Source: a virus. Taken from it: a stretch of DNA of 64,000 nucleotides. The stretch covers positions 32,001 through 96,000 of IMG/VR virus record IMGVR_UViG_3300032240_002475; one strand, 5' to 3'. Of the stretch, positions 1 to 9,310 are shown in pieces; position 1 is the stretch's first letter; each line of letters begins with the position of its first letter. Below the pieces are notes generated by a model, which did no database searches, was not told the origin of the DNA, and worked only from the letters and a program-made list of their open reading frames with translations. Both the position numbers and the translations under genes were made by a program.

Positions 1-70
1 GATGGGTATTACCTAAGAGTGCACTTCCGTTTACCGCTGCAGACGGTTACATCAACTTGACCACCATGCG

Positions 71-181
71 TTAAAAGTAAATAATATCTCCAGGATTGTC
101 CCAATCTTCAGTTTCTTCAACATCTTTTGGACCTACACTTAAATTGTTAAGTTTTACCTTAATTTCTACAACTTGATACAT
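71..181 (-). CDS. small hypothetical protein (36 aa, MYQVVEIKVK...GDIIYF), not in ORF track
   Basis: ATG at 181 to TAA at 71, translated by hand; TATATTTG promoter-like element at 207-214. Confidence 0.45.
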   Translation of the reverse strand: MYQVVEIKVKLNNLSVGPKDVEETEDWDNPGDIIYF

Positions 182-222
182 TTTTTTAACGTTTTTAATT
201 CCTTTTCAAATATAATATATTA

Positions 223-414
223 TTAAGTATTATCAAAGTTTTTTTTGTTTAATTCTTGAATAGAAATTTCGTTATGTTTCCATTCTTTCCATACTTCAAA
301 ATCTTTTAAATCTTCCAAAGTTTTTTCATGGACTAAAACAAAACCTTCAGGTGCAATACCGTCAAATTTTCTAATGTGACCTTCTTCTTTAATTATTTTT
401 TTAATATCAATCAT
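223..414 (-). CDS. hypothetical protein
   Basis: ORF track 223..450; start moved to ATG 414 (MIDIKK), which overlaps the end of the upstream gene. Confidence 0.6.
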   Translation of the reverse strand: MIDIKKIIKEEGHIRKFDGIAPEGFVLVHEKTLEDLKDFEVWKEWKHNEISIQELNKKNFDNT

Positions 415-769
415 TTGTTTTTCCATGAGGGTATGGTTTTCCGTTTCCATCTAATAATACAAATACAATTTCGTCAACTTTGACAATTGATTGTTTTGTT
501 TTTTTATTTCTTACATCACAACAAACTGTTACTGATGTATTTCCAAATTTAACTAAATCCATTCCAAATTCAATAATATCACCAAGATGTGCTGTTGTCA
601 CAAAATTAACTTCGGACATAAGTTTTGTTACAATACTTGAACTCTCCAATTGACAAATTGCAAATATAGCCGCCTCTTCATCTATCCATTGAAGTATTCT
701 TCCGCCAAATAAAGTACCTCTTGGATTTAAGTCTTCAGGTTTAATTAGTTTTCTTGTTCTGTATATCAT
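407..769 (-). CDS. acyl-CoA thioesterase (hotdog fold, YciA-like)
   Basis: DLNPRGTLFGGRILQWIDE motif and GNTSVTV strand. Confidence 0.85.
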   Translation of the reverse strand: MIYRTRKLIKPEDLNPRGTLFGGRILQWIDEEAAIFAICQLESSSIVTKLMSEVNFVTTAHLGDIIEFGMDLVKFGNTSVTVCCDVRNKKTKQSIVKVDEIVFVLLDGNGKPYPHGKTND

Positions 770-884
770 CTTTGTTTAATTTATTTCCTAACCACAAAGC
801 AGTACTAAAAATAATGATTATTATTAGTACAGTTGCTCCTAACCCAATAGTTAAATTAACTATCTGTTTTAGTGTCGTCGTCAT
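741..884 (-). CDS. small single-pass membrane protein (47 aa), not in ORF track
   Basis: MTTTLKQIVNLTIGLGATVLIIIIIFSTALWLGNKLNKDDIQNKKTN; fills the gap and overlaps both neighbours. Confidence 0.6.
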   Translation of the reverse strand: MTTTLKQIVNLTIGLGATVLIIIIIFSTALWLGNKLNKDDIQNKKTN

Positions 885-1461
885 TTAAAAATTTTATAAT
901 TTTTTCTTTGATTCCATTTTGTTTAATGCCTTCTCTACTAGATGGTGTTAAGACAAAGTTAGTTAATCCCCAATCCATTTCAATCTCTCCCCACGTTTCA
1001 TTTGTTTGTGGTATACCCATATCCAAATCATCAACAGCAACCCAATGAGTAATTTCAGGATGGTCTTGAAGATATTGTTTAATCTCTAATGACCGAGATT
1101 GCTCTAAATCATATGTTCGTGACCATGGAAAGTTTTGAGGAATTTCACAGTCATTTAAATTCTTTGTAAACGCAATAGGTTTCTTAACAATACCTTGTTG
1201 TTCATAATATTCACCTAATTTTTCTAAATTAGCCCATTTCTTCCAATCTGAACTTACAACAATTTCTGCACCCGTCTCTTCTAAAATTTCATTCAAAACC
1301 TTGAGCGCTTTTTTATTGAAATTATCAAAGCGAGCATCTACAGGCAAACTATCGATAGATTGACTTAACTTCCTACCAGCTTCTTTTTGCTTCTTGAAAC
1401 GACCACCCCACTCTGTTGATAAACAGATTACTCCATCATGGTCTAAAAATATAGTTTTCAT
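856..1461 (-). CDS. HAD-superfamily phosphatase (Swiss-Army-knife RNA-repair type)
   Basis: IFLDHDGVI, IVVSSDWK and WVAVDDLD motifs. Confidence 0.8.
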   Translation of the reverse strand: MKTIFLDHDGVICLSTEWGGRFKKQKEAGRKLSQSIDSLPVDARFDNFNKKALKVLNEILEETGAEIVVSSDWKKWANLEKLGEYYEQQGIVKKPIAFTKNLNDCEIPQNFPWSRTYDLEQSRSLEIKQYLQDHPEITHWVAVDDLDMGIPQTNETWGEIEMDWGLTNFVLTPSSREGIKQNGIKEKIIKFLNDDDTKTDS

Positions 1462-1465
1462 AATA

Positions 1466-1473
1466 CAAAGATA
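1466..1473 (-). promoter_or_regulatory. Bacteroidota-type -7 promoter element TATCTTTG
   Basis: matches TAnnTTTG, 4 nt upstream of ATG 1461. Confidence 0.65.
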
Positions 1474-1533
1474 CGATATTTATTTAGAAAAACACGTCTA
1501 CGGGCATAAAAATTAAACACCCTTCTATGGAAG

Positions 1534-1758
1534 ATGGCGATAAACAGAAAAACGTGGAGAAGAACGTTTCAAGACAATCTCTCCCAAATATTTTTAATGC
1601 TGGCGTTGTTTTTCAATCCATTTGGGTTCGATGCCGTTCAATATTCATTGATATTACTGACAGGAAGTTTATGGAAAGCGAACTTCGTTTTGTATTGTAT
1701 TGCGGGAGTATTTTTTGGATTATATATCTACTTTCGCAGATTATCTAAAGGGCTTTAA
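1534..1758 (+). CDS. small membrane protein (2 TM)
   Basis: two hydrophobic segments and a basic C-terminus. Confidence 0.6.
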   Translation: MAINRKTWRRTFQDNLSQIFLMLALFFNPFGFDAVQYSLILLTGSLWKANFVLYCIAGVFFGLYIYFRRLSKGL

Positions 1759-3238
1759 GTTCTCCTGATTTGAATGCCTCAAAATTGGGACCTTTGACTA
1801 AGAAATAATCTTTACCAATTTTTCTATAATTTAAAATTCCTGCCATTTTTGCGGATGCAAAGAAAGATGAAAACTGACCTCTGAATTGAGAAGATGGTAC
1901 ATAATTGTCTCCTGAACGAGAGTATAATTTTTTACCATCAACAACTTTTGTTTTAAGTTTACCAAGAGACTCTAAAAAATCTAATTTTGTTCCTATAGTG
2001 CCAGCGTCTAAGAAATCGACCAATTTTTTAATAAGTCCTTTGTTTTTTCCAAAAGTATAACCGTAGTTGAATCTATCTGGTCTCCATACTTTCGACGTTC
2101 CTGCAATTTTTTGAGTTAATTTTGGATTGTTTATAATATGGTCCAATACTCTGGATGCAATGTGTTTTCTAATACTTTCGGCAGTTTCCGCAGGATTTCT
2201 ACCAATACTATAAGTTACATCAATTCCCCACTCTTCAAGTCCAAGGTCTTCAAAATCTTCACCAGGTACTTCATCAGGTCCTGCAAATCCTATACTGGCG
2301 GTAAATGTTTTTTTATCTTTGGATTTGTAAGTGATAAAAACTTGATATTCATCAATCAAATTATTTTCTTTATCTGAATTTAATGATATTGATAAAATAG
2401 CCTCCGAATGACCAAATCCCAAATCAGGATTATTTTGAAATCCTCTTATATAAGTTAATAAATTATAATTTGAGTTTAAATAATTTTTACTTTCTTTGGA
2501 GTTTTCCCCCATAGAGTTAAATGACTGAGTTAAAAACTTATCCGTCATTGACCCTGCATGAGCTTTATAGTCATCTTTAATTGATTCAATCATTTCAGGA
2601 AATGCATATTCAAATACATCAATTTCCCTTTGACTCATTGGTGAATCTTGGGCGTCCCAATATCTCATAAATCCTTCATCATTAAAATGGATTGCGACTT
2701 TTGAGTAATTTTTGTTTGTTGACTTTGCTTTGTTAATTATAAAATATAATCCTTGACGACCTGCGGTATATCTACCAAAATGACCTGAATTTTTTGATGT
2801 AACACACCACTTTGTATTTGAACCGTATTTACAAGAGGCTTCTTCAGTTTTTGGTTGAATAACAACAAAATCACCTTTTTCGTAAATCTTTTTTGCTTGA
2901 CCTTCTAATTCTTTTTCTTTGTTTTTTCCTCTAATGTAAAGAATTACTTTTTCAAGTTCATTTAATGACACGTATTGATTTATATCTTTTTTAGGAAATT
3001 GGGATTGATACTTATCAAAATCTTTTATAAGCCCTACAAGGTGTTCTAATTTATCAGTATCCAATTCACCGTCACCATCTGTATGTTTTAATACAAAATC
3101 CGTATACTTGTGATTGAAATCCTTTAAATCAGAAATATTCAAAATAAAGTCTAAATCTTCTTCATTAAACTTTGTAGAATATTTTTTTTTTAAATCTTCT
3201 TTACGACCTTCCCTTAAAAGAATACCCATGAATTTCAT
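1745..3238 (-). CDS. conserved phage protein, possible internal head protein
   Basis: EASCKYGSNTKWC motif; N-terminal ILLRE; TATTTAT at 3243-3249. Confidence 0.6.
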   Translation of the reverse strand: MKFMGILLREGRKEDLKKKYSTKFNEEDLDFILNISDLKDFNHKYTDFVLKHTDGDGELDTDKLEHLVGLIKDFDKYQSQFPKKDINQYVSLNELEKVILYIRGKNKEKELEGQAKKIYEKGDFVVIQPKTEEASCKYGSNTKWCVTSKNSGHFGRYTAGRQGLYFIINKAKSTNKNYSKVAIHFNDEGFMRYWDAQDSPMSQREIDVFEYAFPEMIESIKDDYKAHAGSMTDKFLTQSFNSMGENSKESKNYLNSNYNLLTYIRGFQNNPDLGFGHSEAILSISLNSDKENNLIDEYQVFITYKSKDKKTFTASIGFAGPDEVPGEDFEDLGLEEWGIDVTYSIGRNPAETAESIRKHIASRVLDHIINNPKLTQKIAGTSKVWRPDRFNYGYTFGKNKGLIKKLVDFLDAGTIGTKLDFLESLGKLKTKVVDGKKLYSRSGDNYVPSSQFRGQFSSFFASAKMAGILNYRKIGKDYFLVKGPNFEAFKSGELKAL

Positions 3239-3253
3239 ATAGATAAATACCCA

Positions 3254-3604
3254 TTATTTCCAAAACAATTGAATACCAAGAATAACAAAACTCAAGAAAA
3301 GACAAACTGATGTTTTTAAGGTAACAGGTTCTTTTAACATAGTCCAAGACATTATACTAAAAACAATAACCCCAAGACAAAAGCCTATAATCCTGTTAGG
3401 CCACGTTTGACCACCCCACAGTTCAACCATTTGTCTGCTAGCTAGTATTACCACATAACCAATCGGGAGTCCGAGGATGGTCATTAAAAGTGGGTTTTCT
3501 TTAATCCATTTATTCCACAGATGTCCTTGTAATTGATAAAACGTAAAAACCTGAGATATAGTATAGGCTACAAAAATGAATAACCCTATTAAAATTTTGT
3601 TCAT
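3254..3604 (-). CDS. 4-TM membrane protein (SMR/DMT-like)
   Basis: four hydrophobic helices, LKEPVTLK loop; start moved to MNKILIG. Confidence 0.6.
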   Translation of the reverse strand: MNKILIGLFIFVAYTISQVFTFYQLQGHLWNKWIKENPLLMTILGLPIGYVVILASRQMVELWGGQTWPNRIIGFCLGVIVFSIMSWTMLKEPVTLKTSVCLFLSFVILGIQLFWK

Positions 3605-3631
3605 ATTACAATGATAGTAAATTTTTGGCAT

Positions 3632-3663
3632 AAAAAAACCCCCACCTAAAAAGATGAGGGTTT
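3632..3663 (-). terminator. intrinsic terminator
   Basis: imperfect AAACCC..GGGTTT hairpin with a T-run on the minus strand. Confidence 0.55.
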
Positions 3664-3668
3664 AATCA

Positions 3669-4058
3669 CTATTGTGTCAAACTATTTGAGAGGTATTCAC
3701 ACTCATACTCTTGACAAGTTTTTGGCCTAATGTCGTACATTGAACACGCCTTAACTTTAGTATTGTAAAAAATACACGGAAGTCTTGGATTATAAAAATC
3801 TACTCTAAATGCTGGATATGAACCAGGGTTTTGCCAAGTAGATTTATTTGGAAATAAAGTTTTTCCTTCTTCGTAATTTACAAAAACCTCTCTGTACTCA
3901 ATTTCTCTACCTAATTTATCTGATAATCTTTCAATAAATTCTTCAGCATCAGGATGAGGGCCAATGATAAAATCTCTGTCCTCTAAAGTACAACAACTTC
4001 CGTGGTGTCCTGGCATTCCATAACACTTGTTACTACATATATTACAATCTGTACCCAT
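3669..4058 (-). CDS. YkgJ-family cysteine-cluster (Fe-S/Zn) protein
   Basis: CxxCxxxC...GSCC, PCIFY, CSMYDIRPKTCQEYEC; start moved to ATG 4058. Confidence 0.8.
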   Translation of the reverse strand: MGTDCNICSNKCYGMPGHHGSCCTLEDRDFIIGPHPDAEEFIERLSDKLGREIEYREVFVNYEEGKTLFPNKSTWQNPGSYPAFRVDFYNPRLPCIFYNTKVKACSMYDIRPKTCQEYECEYLSNSLTQ

Positions 4059-4097
4059 AATTAAAATAAAAAAAAAGTTCACATTACTATGAACCTA

Positions 4098-4495
4098 TGG
4101 TGGAGGTGGCGAGAATCGAACTCGCGTCTTACAATATTAACATAAACAGACTACACGTTTAGTACAACATCGGTTCTCAATGTTACGAAATATCAGGTTT
4201 GATGTGTGTGAGAACCCTACCTGCAAACAACTTGGTCTCAGAGTTATTTTAAACGAGCTCTGACCTGTGACCCGTATAGCGGACTTCTGTTCCTAGGTTA
4301 TATGTCCTAACCGACCCGAACGTTGTTCTCTACTATTAAGCAGCAACAACAGACGCTTCTCTAGTTAAACCTAAAGCAGCCATCTTAGCAAAAGTATTGC
4401 CATTTGAATTTTTTCACCGTGGATTTAAGTCATAGATGAATTCTGACTACGTGCCTGCGTACCCTAAGTATCGCAATCAATACCTGGACACCCCC
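4098..4495 (-). ncRNA. ssrA: tmRNA
   Basis: 5' GGGGGTG pairs with 3' CACCTCC-ACCA including the G3:U Ala identity pair; T-arm GCGAG-TTCGATT-CTCGC; internal tag ORF 4401-4336 ending in AA-stop; 398 nt. Confidence 0.95.
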
Positions 4496-4515
4496 ATAAT
4501 TTCAATGAACTGATA

Positions 4516-4523
4516 CAAAGATA
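4516..4523 (-). promoter_or_regulatory. Bacteroidota-type -7 element for the tmRNA
   Basis: TATCTTTG 20 nt upstream of the mature 5' end. Confidence 0.6.
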
Positions 4524-4569
4524 AGAATAAATACTGTAAAACCAAACTGAAATCATATTTATTAACAAT

Positions 4570-5610
4570 ATGGCATCATACGATACTTTTATGGCTTTGA
4601 AGGGTTACGTTAAAGGTAACACTTCTAGATATGAATTGGAAGATTCTGACCCAGACATTTATCACGTTAGAGAAGATAGGTCTAACCTTGGACAGAGTGT
4701 TATTAAATTAGGCTTCAATGATGATAAATTTTGGAAAAATGTGGGTTTACATGAAGACGATGTTTGGTTTATGAAGATAATTAATTCACCTTATTCAGAT
4801 TATGAATTCATGGATACGTATAGTGTTAAGGACGATTTTAGTCTCGGGTATACTATTTTTTATGAATTGAATGAAGATAATATTGAAAAACTAAAATTAA
4901 TATCACGATACATTTTTCCAAAAAAATTTGATTTAGAAAATGAAGAGTTCAGGTCAGAATTCGCACAAAAATTATTGTCCTCATTTAAACGTGAAACAGA
5001 AGATATTCTTGACGATTATCAGTCTGAAAAAAATAGAGAAATGTCAAATGTTGCTCAAAAATCAATTCAGAAAGAATTAAATGACTATTTTAATGATTTT
5101 GGATTTACCTATATACCCGATGACGAGTTTACTACAACTGTTGCAAATCTTATGATGTGGTATATCAGGGAAAACGCAGTACATGAACCCATTTCAAAAT
5201 TACTACCTAAAATTTTTAGTTCTAGCAGGATTTCAATAGGAGGATGGCAAGAAAATAGTTATGAATATCAGGATTCAAAAGAATTTGATAGTATATCATT
5301 TAACAATTATGTTGAGCGTAAATTAGATGAAATAATTGAAAAGATTGAAGATGGATATGACGGAGATTTCAAGATTCAAGATTATCTTGATATGGTAGAA
5401 AGAGTTAGTAAAAAGTTTGAAGTTGGTGAATGGCATAACTTACCAAAAAAGAAAGATGTTAGATTTTATATTGAAAATTTTGAAATGAATCCAAATAAAG
5501 TTGTTGTTAAACTTTCCAAAGCGTTCAAACAAAGAAGTTTAAAATTATCTGAGGAGAATTTTTATCATCTACTTTATCAGCCTACATTATTTAATTTGGA
5601 AGAAATCTAA
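4570..5610 (+). CDS. hypothetical protein (acidic)
   Basis: 346 aa ORF with TATTTAT at 4556-4562. Confidence 0.7.
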   Translation: MASYDTFMALKGYVKGNTSRYELEDSDPDIYHVREDRSNLGQSVIKLGFNDDKFWKNVGLHEDDVWFMKIINSPYSDYEFMDTYSVKDDFSLGYTIFYELNEDNIEKLKLISRYIFPKKFDLENEEFRSEFAQKLLSSFKRETEDILDDYQSEKNREMSNVAQKSIQKELNDYFNDFGFTYIPDDEFTTTVANLMMWYIRENAVHEPISKLLPKIFSSSRISIGGWQENSYEYQDSKEFDSISFNNYVERKLDEIIEKIEDGYDGDFKIQDYLDMVERVSKKFEVGEWHNLPKKKDVRFYIENFEMNPNKVVVKLSKAFKQRSLKLSEENFYHLLYQPTLFNLEEI

Positions 5611-5630
5611 ATTTTTACTATATTTGTGGT

Positions 5631-6473
5631 ATGACACAAAATATATCCCTGCTAAAACAAGTTCTTAGCATCCCTAGTAAAACATATAAGGAAGATTTAA
5701 TGGTTGAATTCTTGGTTAAATGGTTGACCGAGAACGGTATTGAACATTATGTTGATGAACATAAAAATGTTTATGCAACCAAACAACAAAGCCCTCTTAT
5801 TTCCGAAGATTTTTATTTTCCATTAGTAATTGCACATACAGATACTGTACATGAGATTGAAGGTATTTTTATTGAGGAGGAACAATTACCAAATGCTCAA
5901 GGGGAAATAAAAGACGCTTTGAAAGCCTACAACGCCATTGGAAAACCAACAGGTATTGGTGGAGATGATAAATGCGGTGTTTTTGCTTGTTTAACACTAC
6001 TTCAAGAATTACCATATTTGAAGGCTGCATTCTTTGTTTCTGAAGAAACGGGATGTCATGGTTCAAGAAAGGCTGATGAAAGATTTTTCAAAAACGTTGG
6101 ATACGGAATTCAGTTTGACGCGCCTGAAAACTGGATGATTACAGAAAAATGTTTTGGTCAAGTTTTGTTTGACCGAGAAAGTGAATTCTTTGAAAAAGTC
6201 GACCAAGTATTAACCGAAGGTATGGTTAATGAAGATATGAAATATATGGTTCATCCATACACTGATGTTTATGCTTTAAGAAATAAATTTGATTTTTCTT
6301 GTATTAATTTTTCAATTGGATATTATGACTATCATACCAAGAATGAATATGTTGTTATTGAAGACGTATTTAATGGGATTGGAATGGGTAGAAAAATGAT
6401 TAGTGAATTAGGATATAAATTACATTTTAAGAAATCTGTGCCGTATGACCCAATGAGCAGGTTTATTATATAA
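5631..6473 (+). CDS. M20/M28-type zinc metallopeptidase
   Basis: AHTDTVH, GGDDKCG, SEETG and YYDYHT zinc-ligand motifs; TATATTTG at 5619-5626. Confidence 0.85.
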   Translation: MTQNISLLKQVLSIPSKTYKEDLMVEFLVKWLTENGIEHYVDEHKNVYATKQQSPLISEDFYFPLVIAHTDTVHEIEGIFIEEEQLPNAQGEIKDALKAYNAIGKPTGIGGDDKCGVFACLTLLQELPYLKAAFFVSEETGCHGSRKADERFFKNVGYGIQFDAPENWMITEKCFGQVLFDRESEFFEKVDQVLTEGMVNEDMKYMVHPYTDVYALRNKFDFSCINFSIGYYDYHTKNEYVVIEDVFNGIGMGRKMISELGYKLHFKKSVPYDPMSRFII

Positions 6474-6484
6474 AACATTTAACC

Positions 6485-6529
6485 ATCGGGTGGTCTTGAA
6501 TATTGATAAATTCACCACCCGATTTTTTT
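6485..6529 (+). terminator. intrinsic terminator between convergent genes
   Basis: ATCGGGTGGT...ACCACCCGAT followed by a T-run. Confidence 0.7.
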
Positions 6530-6544
6530 ATCTACATATGAACA

Positions 6545-7081
6545 CTATTCGTTAGGTTTCCAATCAACAATTAAATGAATTCTGTCTTTATCACCATGAT
6601 TAAAAACACCATGGAGTTTTTCAGAATTATTAATTTCCCAAATTTCACCAACTTTTAAAATTTTACTTTCATCTTCAATTGTAAAAAAACAATTATTATT
6701 TGTTATAATTGGTATATGAATCCTTTTTGAAAAATTTAACGAATCTCCCATATCTAAATGAGGAGGAATTTCACCACCTTTAACTAACATAACCAAAAGG
6801 GCTCTAAAAATTTTGCCATTCAAACCAATAGATTTATTTAAAGTTTCTTGTAAAGAATCTATTTGTTCTTTAAATAAAGTATAATTAGATGTTGGAATTG
6901 CATCAAACGATTTGAAATTTGCGTTAAATAATATTGGGATTGTTTTGGTTTTTCTATGAACAGGAAATGCTTTTTGTCTGTAATCAAATTCATCCCAATC
7001 AAGATTTGAGTCATTTAAAACATTTAAAAAATTTGATGTGTCAAAATTGCCATAATATTTAAATCTGAAATCTTTTTCCAT
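6545..7081 (-). CDS. 2OG-Fe(II) oxygenase, aspartyl/asparaginyl beta-hydroxylase family
   Basis: IPPHLD, RIHIPI, GEIWEINN..LHGVFN and RIHLIVD motifs. Confidence 0.85.
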   Translation of the reverse strand: MEKDFRFKYYGNFDTSNFLNVLNDSNLDWDEFDYRQKAFPVHRKTKTIPILFNANFKSFDAIPTSNYTLFKEQIDSLQETLNKSIGLNGKIFRALLVMLVKGGEIPPHLDMGDSLNFSKRIHIPIITNNNCFFTIEDESKILKVGEIWEINNSEKLHGVFNHGDKDRIHLIVDWKPNE

Positions 7082-7093
7082 ATTTTTAAATAT

Positions 7094-7124
7094 AAAAAAA
7101 GGGGAGACAAAATCTCCCCATTTT
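7094..7124 (-). terminator. intrinsic terminator after clpC
   Basis: GGGGAGA/TCTCCCC hairpin with a T-run on the minus strand. Confidence 0.7.
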
Positions 7125-7126
7125 AA

Positions 7127-9142
7127 TTATCTACTCTTTTTTTCGATTTTGACTAAGTCATCTTCTACTTTTAATTTGTAGGATTTACCCTCAAGCAATT
7201 TACCTGTAAGAACCTCTTCAGATAATAAGTCTTCAATCTTATCTTGGATTGCTCTTTTTAATGGACGAGCTCCATATAATTCATCAAAACCTATTTTAGC
7301 CAAATAATCTACAAGTGTTTCGTCATAGGTAAGTTTGTATTTCATTTCATCTAAACGAGAAACTAATTTTTTAAGTTCAATCTCAGTGATTTTCTTAATG
7401 TCTTCAGGACTTAATGAATTGAATACAATAGTATCATCAATACGATTTAAGAACTCAGGAGAGAAAAAATTCTTCATCTCTTTCATTAATACTTGTTTCT
7501 TAGCTTCTTCATTGCTGTAAGTACTAGTACCAAATCCAATACCTGTACCAAAGTCTTGTAACTTTTTAACACCCAAGTTTGATGTTAAAATAATCAAGGT
7601 ATTCTTGAAGTTAATCTTACGACCAAGACTATCTGTTACGTGACCATCATCTAATATTTGAAGTAAAATTGTGAACACATCTTTGTGTGCTTTTTCAACC
7701 TCATCAAATAAGATTACTGAGTATGGTTTATTCTTAACCTTCTCGGTTAATAATCCACCTTCTTCATATCCAACGTAACCTGGAGGAGCTCCCACTAATT
7801 TAGATACTGTGTGTTTCTCTTGGTATTCAGACATATCCACACGGATAAGTGAATCTTCAGAGCCAAACATTTCTTTTGCTAATTGTTTGGCCAAGTAAGT
7901 TTTACCAACACCTGTTGAGCCTAAGAACACGAATGAACCAATTGGACGGTTAGGGTCTTTAATACCTAAACGGTTTCTTTTAATAGATTTTGCAATCTTA
8001 ATAACCGCAGCATCTTGACCAATAACTTTACCCATTAACTCTTTATCCAAGTTTAATAATGTTGATTTATCATCAACACTCATTTTATTAACAGGAATTT
8101 TGGTCATATTAGAAACAACGTCATAAACATCTTCAGGGGAAATCATTTGTTTATCTTTTTCCATTTGTTCTTCAAACTTACGTTTTTCAGAGTCTAATTT
8201 ATCCAATAACTTTTTTTCCTTATCTCTAAGTTGAGCTGCTTGTTCATAATTTTGTTTTTTAACAACATCAACTTTCTGTTGACGAATTTCCGCGGCCTTT
8301 CTTTTTAATTCTTCAATTGATTCAGGAACTTTAAGTTCTGTTTGCATACGAGCTCCAACTTCATCTAAGATGTCAAATGCTTTATCAGGAAACTCGCGGT
8401 CAGTAATATAACGGTCAGCTAACTTAACACAAGTTTCAATAATTTCATCACTATACGTAACCTTATGATAAGACTCATACTTATCACGTACGTTCTTTAA
8501 AATTTGAATTGTCTCAACAACTGAAGACGGTTCAACAATTACCTTTTGGAATCTACGTTCTAATGCTCCATCCTTCTCAATGTTCTTACGGAATTCATCC
8601 AAAGTGGTTGCACCAATTACTTGAATTTCACCACGAGATAAAGCTGGTTTGAAAATGTTTGAACCATCCATTGAACCTGATGAATTACCTGAACCTACAA
8701 GAGTATGGATTTCATCAATGAATACGATGATATTAGGGTTAGCTTGAAGCTCCTCAATAATCACCTTCATCCTTTCTTCAAATTGACCACGGTATTTTGT
8801 ACCAGCAACCACAGAAGTTAAATCAAGGTTTACAATTCTTTTATCCACCAAATTTCTTGGACAATCACCGCTAATAATTTTCATAGCTAAACCTTCTACG
8901 ATTGCAGTCTTACCACAACCAGGTTCACCTAAGATAATAGGGTTATTTTTTTTTCTACGAGATATGATTTGAGCAATTCTCAAAATTTCTCTATCTCTAC
9001 CAATTACAGGGTCTAACTTACCAGCCTCAGCTAATTTGTTTAAATCTCTACTGAAATTGTCTAATACAGGTGTACTACTGTCTGATGATTGTTTTTGTTT
9101 CTTACTCATCATTTTGTCGTCGTCGTCCATTAAATCGTTCAT
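7127..9142 (-). CDS. clpC: ClpC-type AAA+ unfoldase lacking the N-terminal domain
   Basis: two AAA modules (GEPGCGKT, GSTGVGKT), UVR-type middle coil YEQAAQLRD, IGF ClpP-docking loop; start moved to ATG 9142. Confidence 0.9.
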   Translation of the reverse strand: MNDLMDDDDKMMSKKQKQSSDSSTPVLDNFSRDLNKLAEAGKLDPVIGRDREILRIAQIISRRKKNNPIILGEPGCGKTAIVEGLAMKIISGDCPRNLVDKRIVNLDLTSVVAGTKYRGQFEERMKVIIEELQANPNIIVFIDEIHTLVGSGNSSGSMDGSNIFKPALSRGEIQVIGATTLDEFRKNIEKDGALERRFQKVIVEPSSVVETIQILKNVRDKYESYHKVTYSDEIIETCVKLADRYITDREFPDKAFDILDEVGARMQTELKVPESIEELKRKAAEIRQQKVDVVKKQNYEQAAQLRDKEKKLLDKLDSEKRKFEEQMEKDKQMISPEDVYDVVSNMTKIPVNKMSVDDKSTLLNLDKELMGKVIGQDAAVIKIAKSIKRNRLGIKDPNRPIGSFVFLGSTGVGKTYLAKQLAKEMFGSEDSLIRVDMSEYQEKHTVSKLVGAPPGYVGYEEGGLLTEKVKNKPYSVILFDEVEKAHKDVFTILLQILDDGHVTDSLGRKINFKNTLIILTSNLGVKKLQDFGTGIGFGTSTYSNEEAKKQVLMKEMKNFFSPEFLNRIDDTIVFNSLSPEDIKKITEIELKKLVSRLDEMKYKLTYDETLVDYLAKIGFDELYGARPLKRAIQDKIEDLLSEEVLTGKLLEGKSYKLKVEDDLVKIEKKSR

Positions 9143-9195
9143 ATGTTTCTGTTTTTTACAAAGTAATAACAAATTTTGTACATATCCAAATAATT

Positions 9196-9266
9196 TGACA
9201 AATTGTCAGTTTGTATTATATTTAACTGACAAGATGTCGTAAACACTTGGTCGGCACTAAACTTGA
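9196..9266 (+). promoter_or_regulatory. two TGACA-N3-TGTCR palindromes plus a sigma54-like element
   Basis: TGACAAATTGTCA 9196-9208; TGACAAGATGTCG 9227-9239; CGGCAC-TAAAC-TTGA 9252-9266. Confidence 0.5.
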
Positions 9267-9271
9267 TAATA

Positions 9272-9279
9272 CAAAGATA
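9272..9279 (-). promoter_or_regulatory. Bacteroidota-type -7 element facing clpC
   Basis: TATCTTTG on the minus strand. Confidence 0.45.
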
Positions 9280-9310
9280 AATAATAAATTCGAAATAAAA
9301 AATTAAAACT

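Noticed and set aside
1527-1748. Alternative plus-strand ORF of 73 aa
   Set aside because: Overlaps 1534..1758 in another frame; the latter has a more coherent two-helix membrane pattern, though the choice is not certain
4098-4128. tRNA gene or integration-site remnant
   Set aside because: The T-arm and CCA pair with a 5' end about 400 nt away and enclose a tag ORF, so it is a tmRNA
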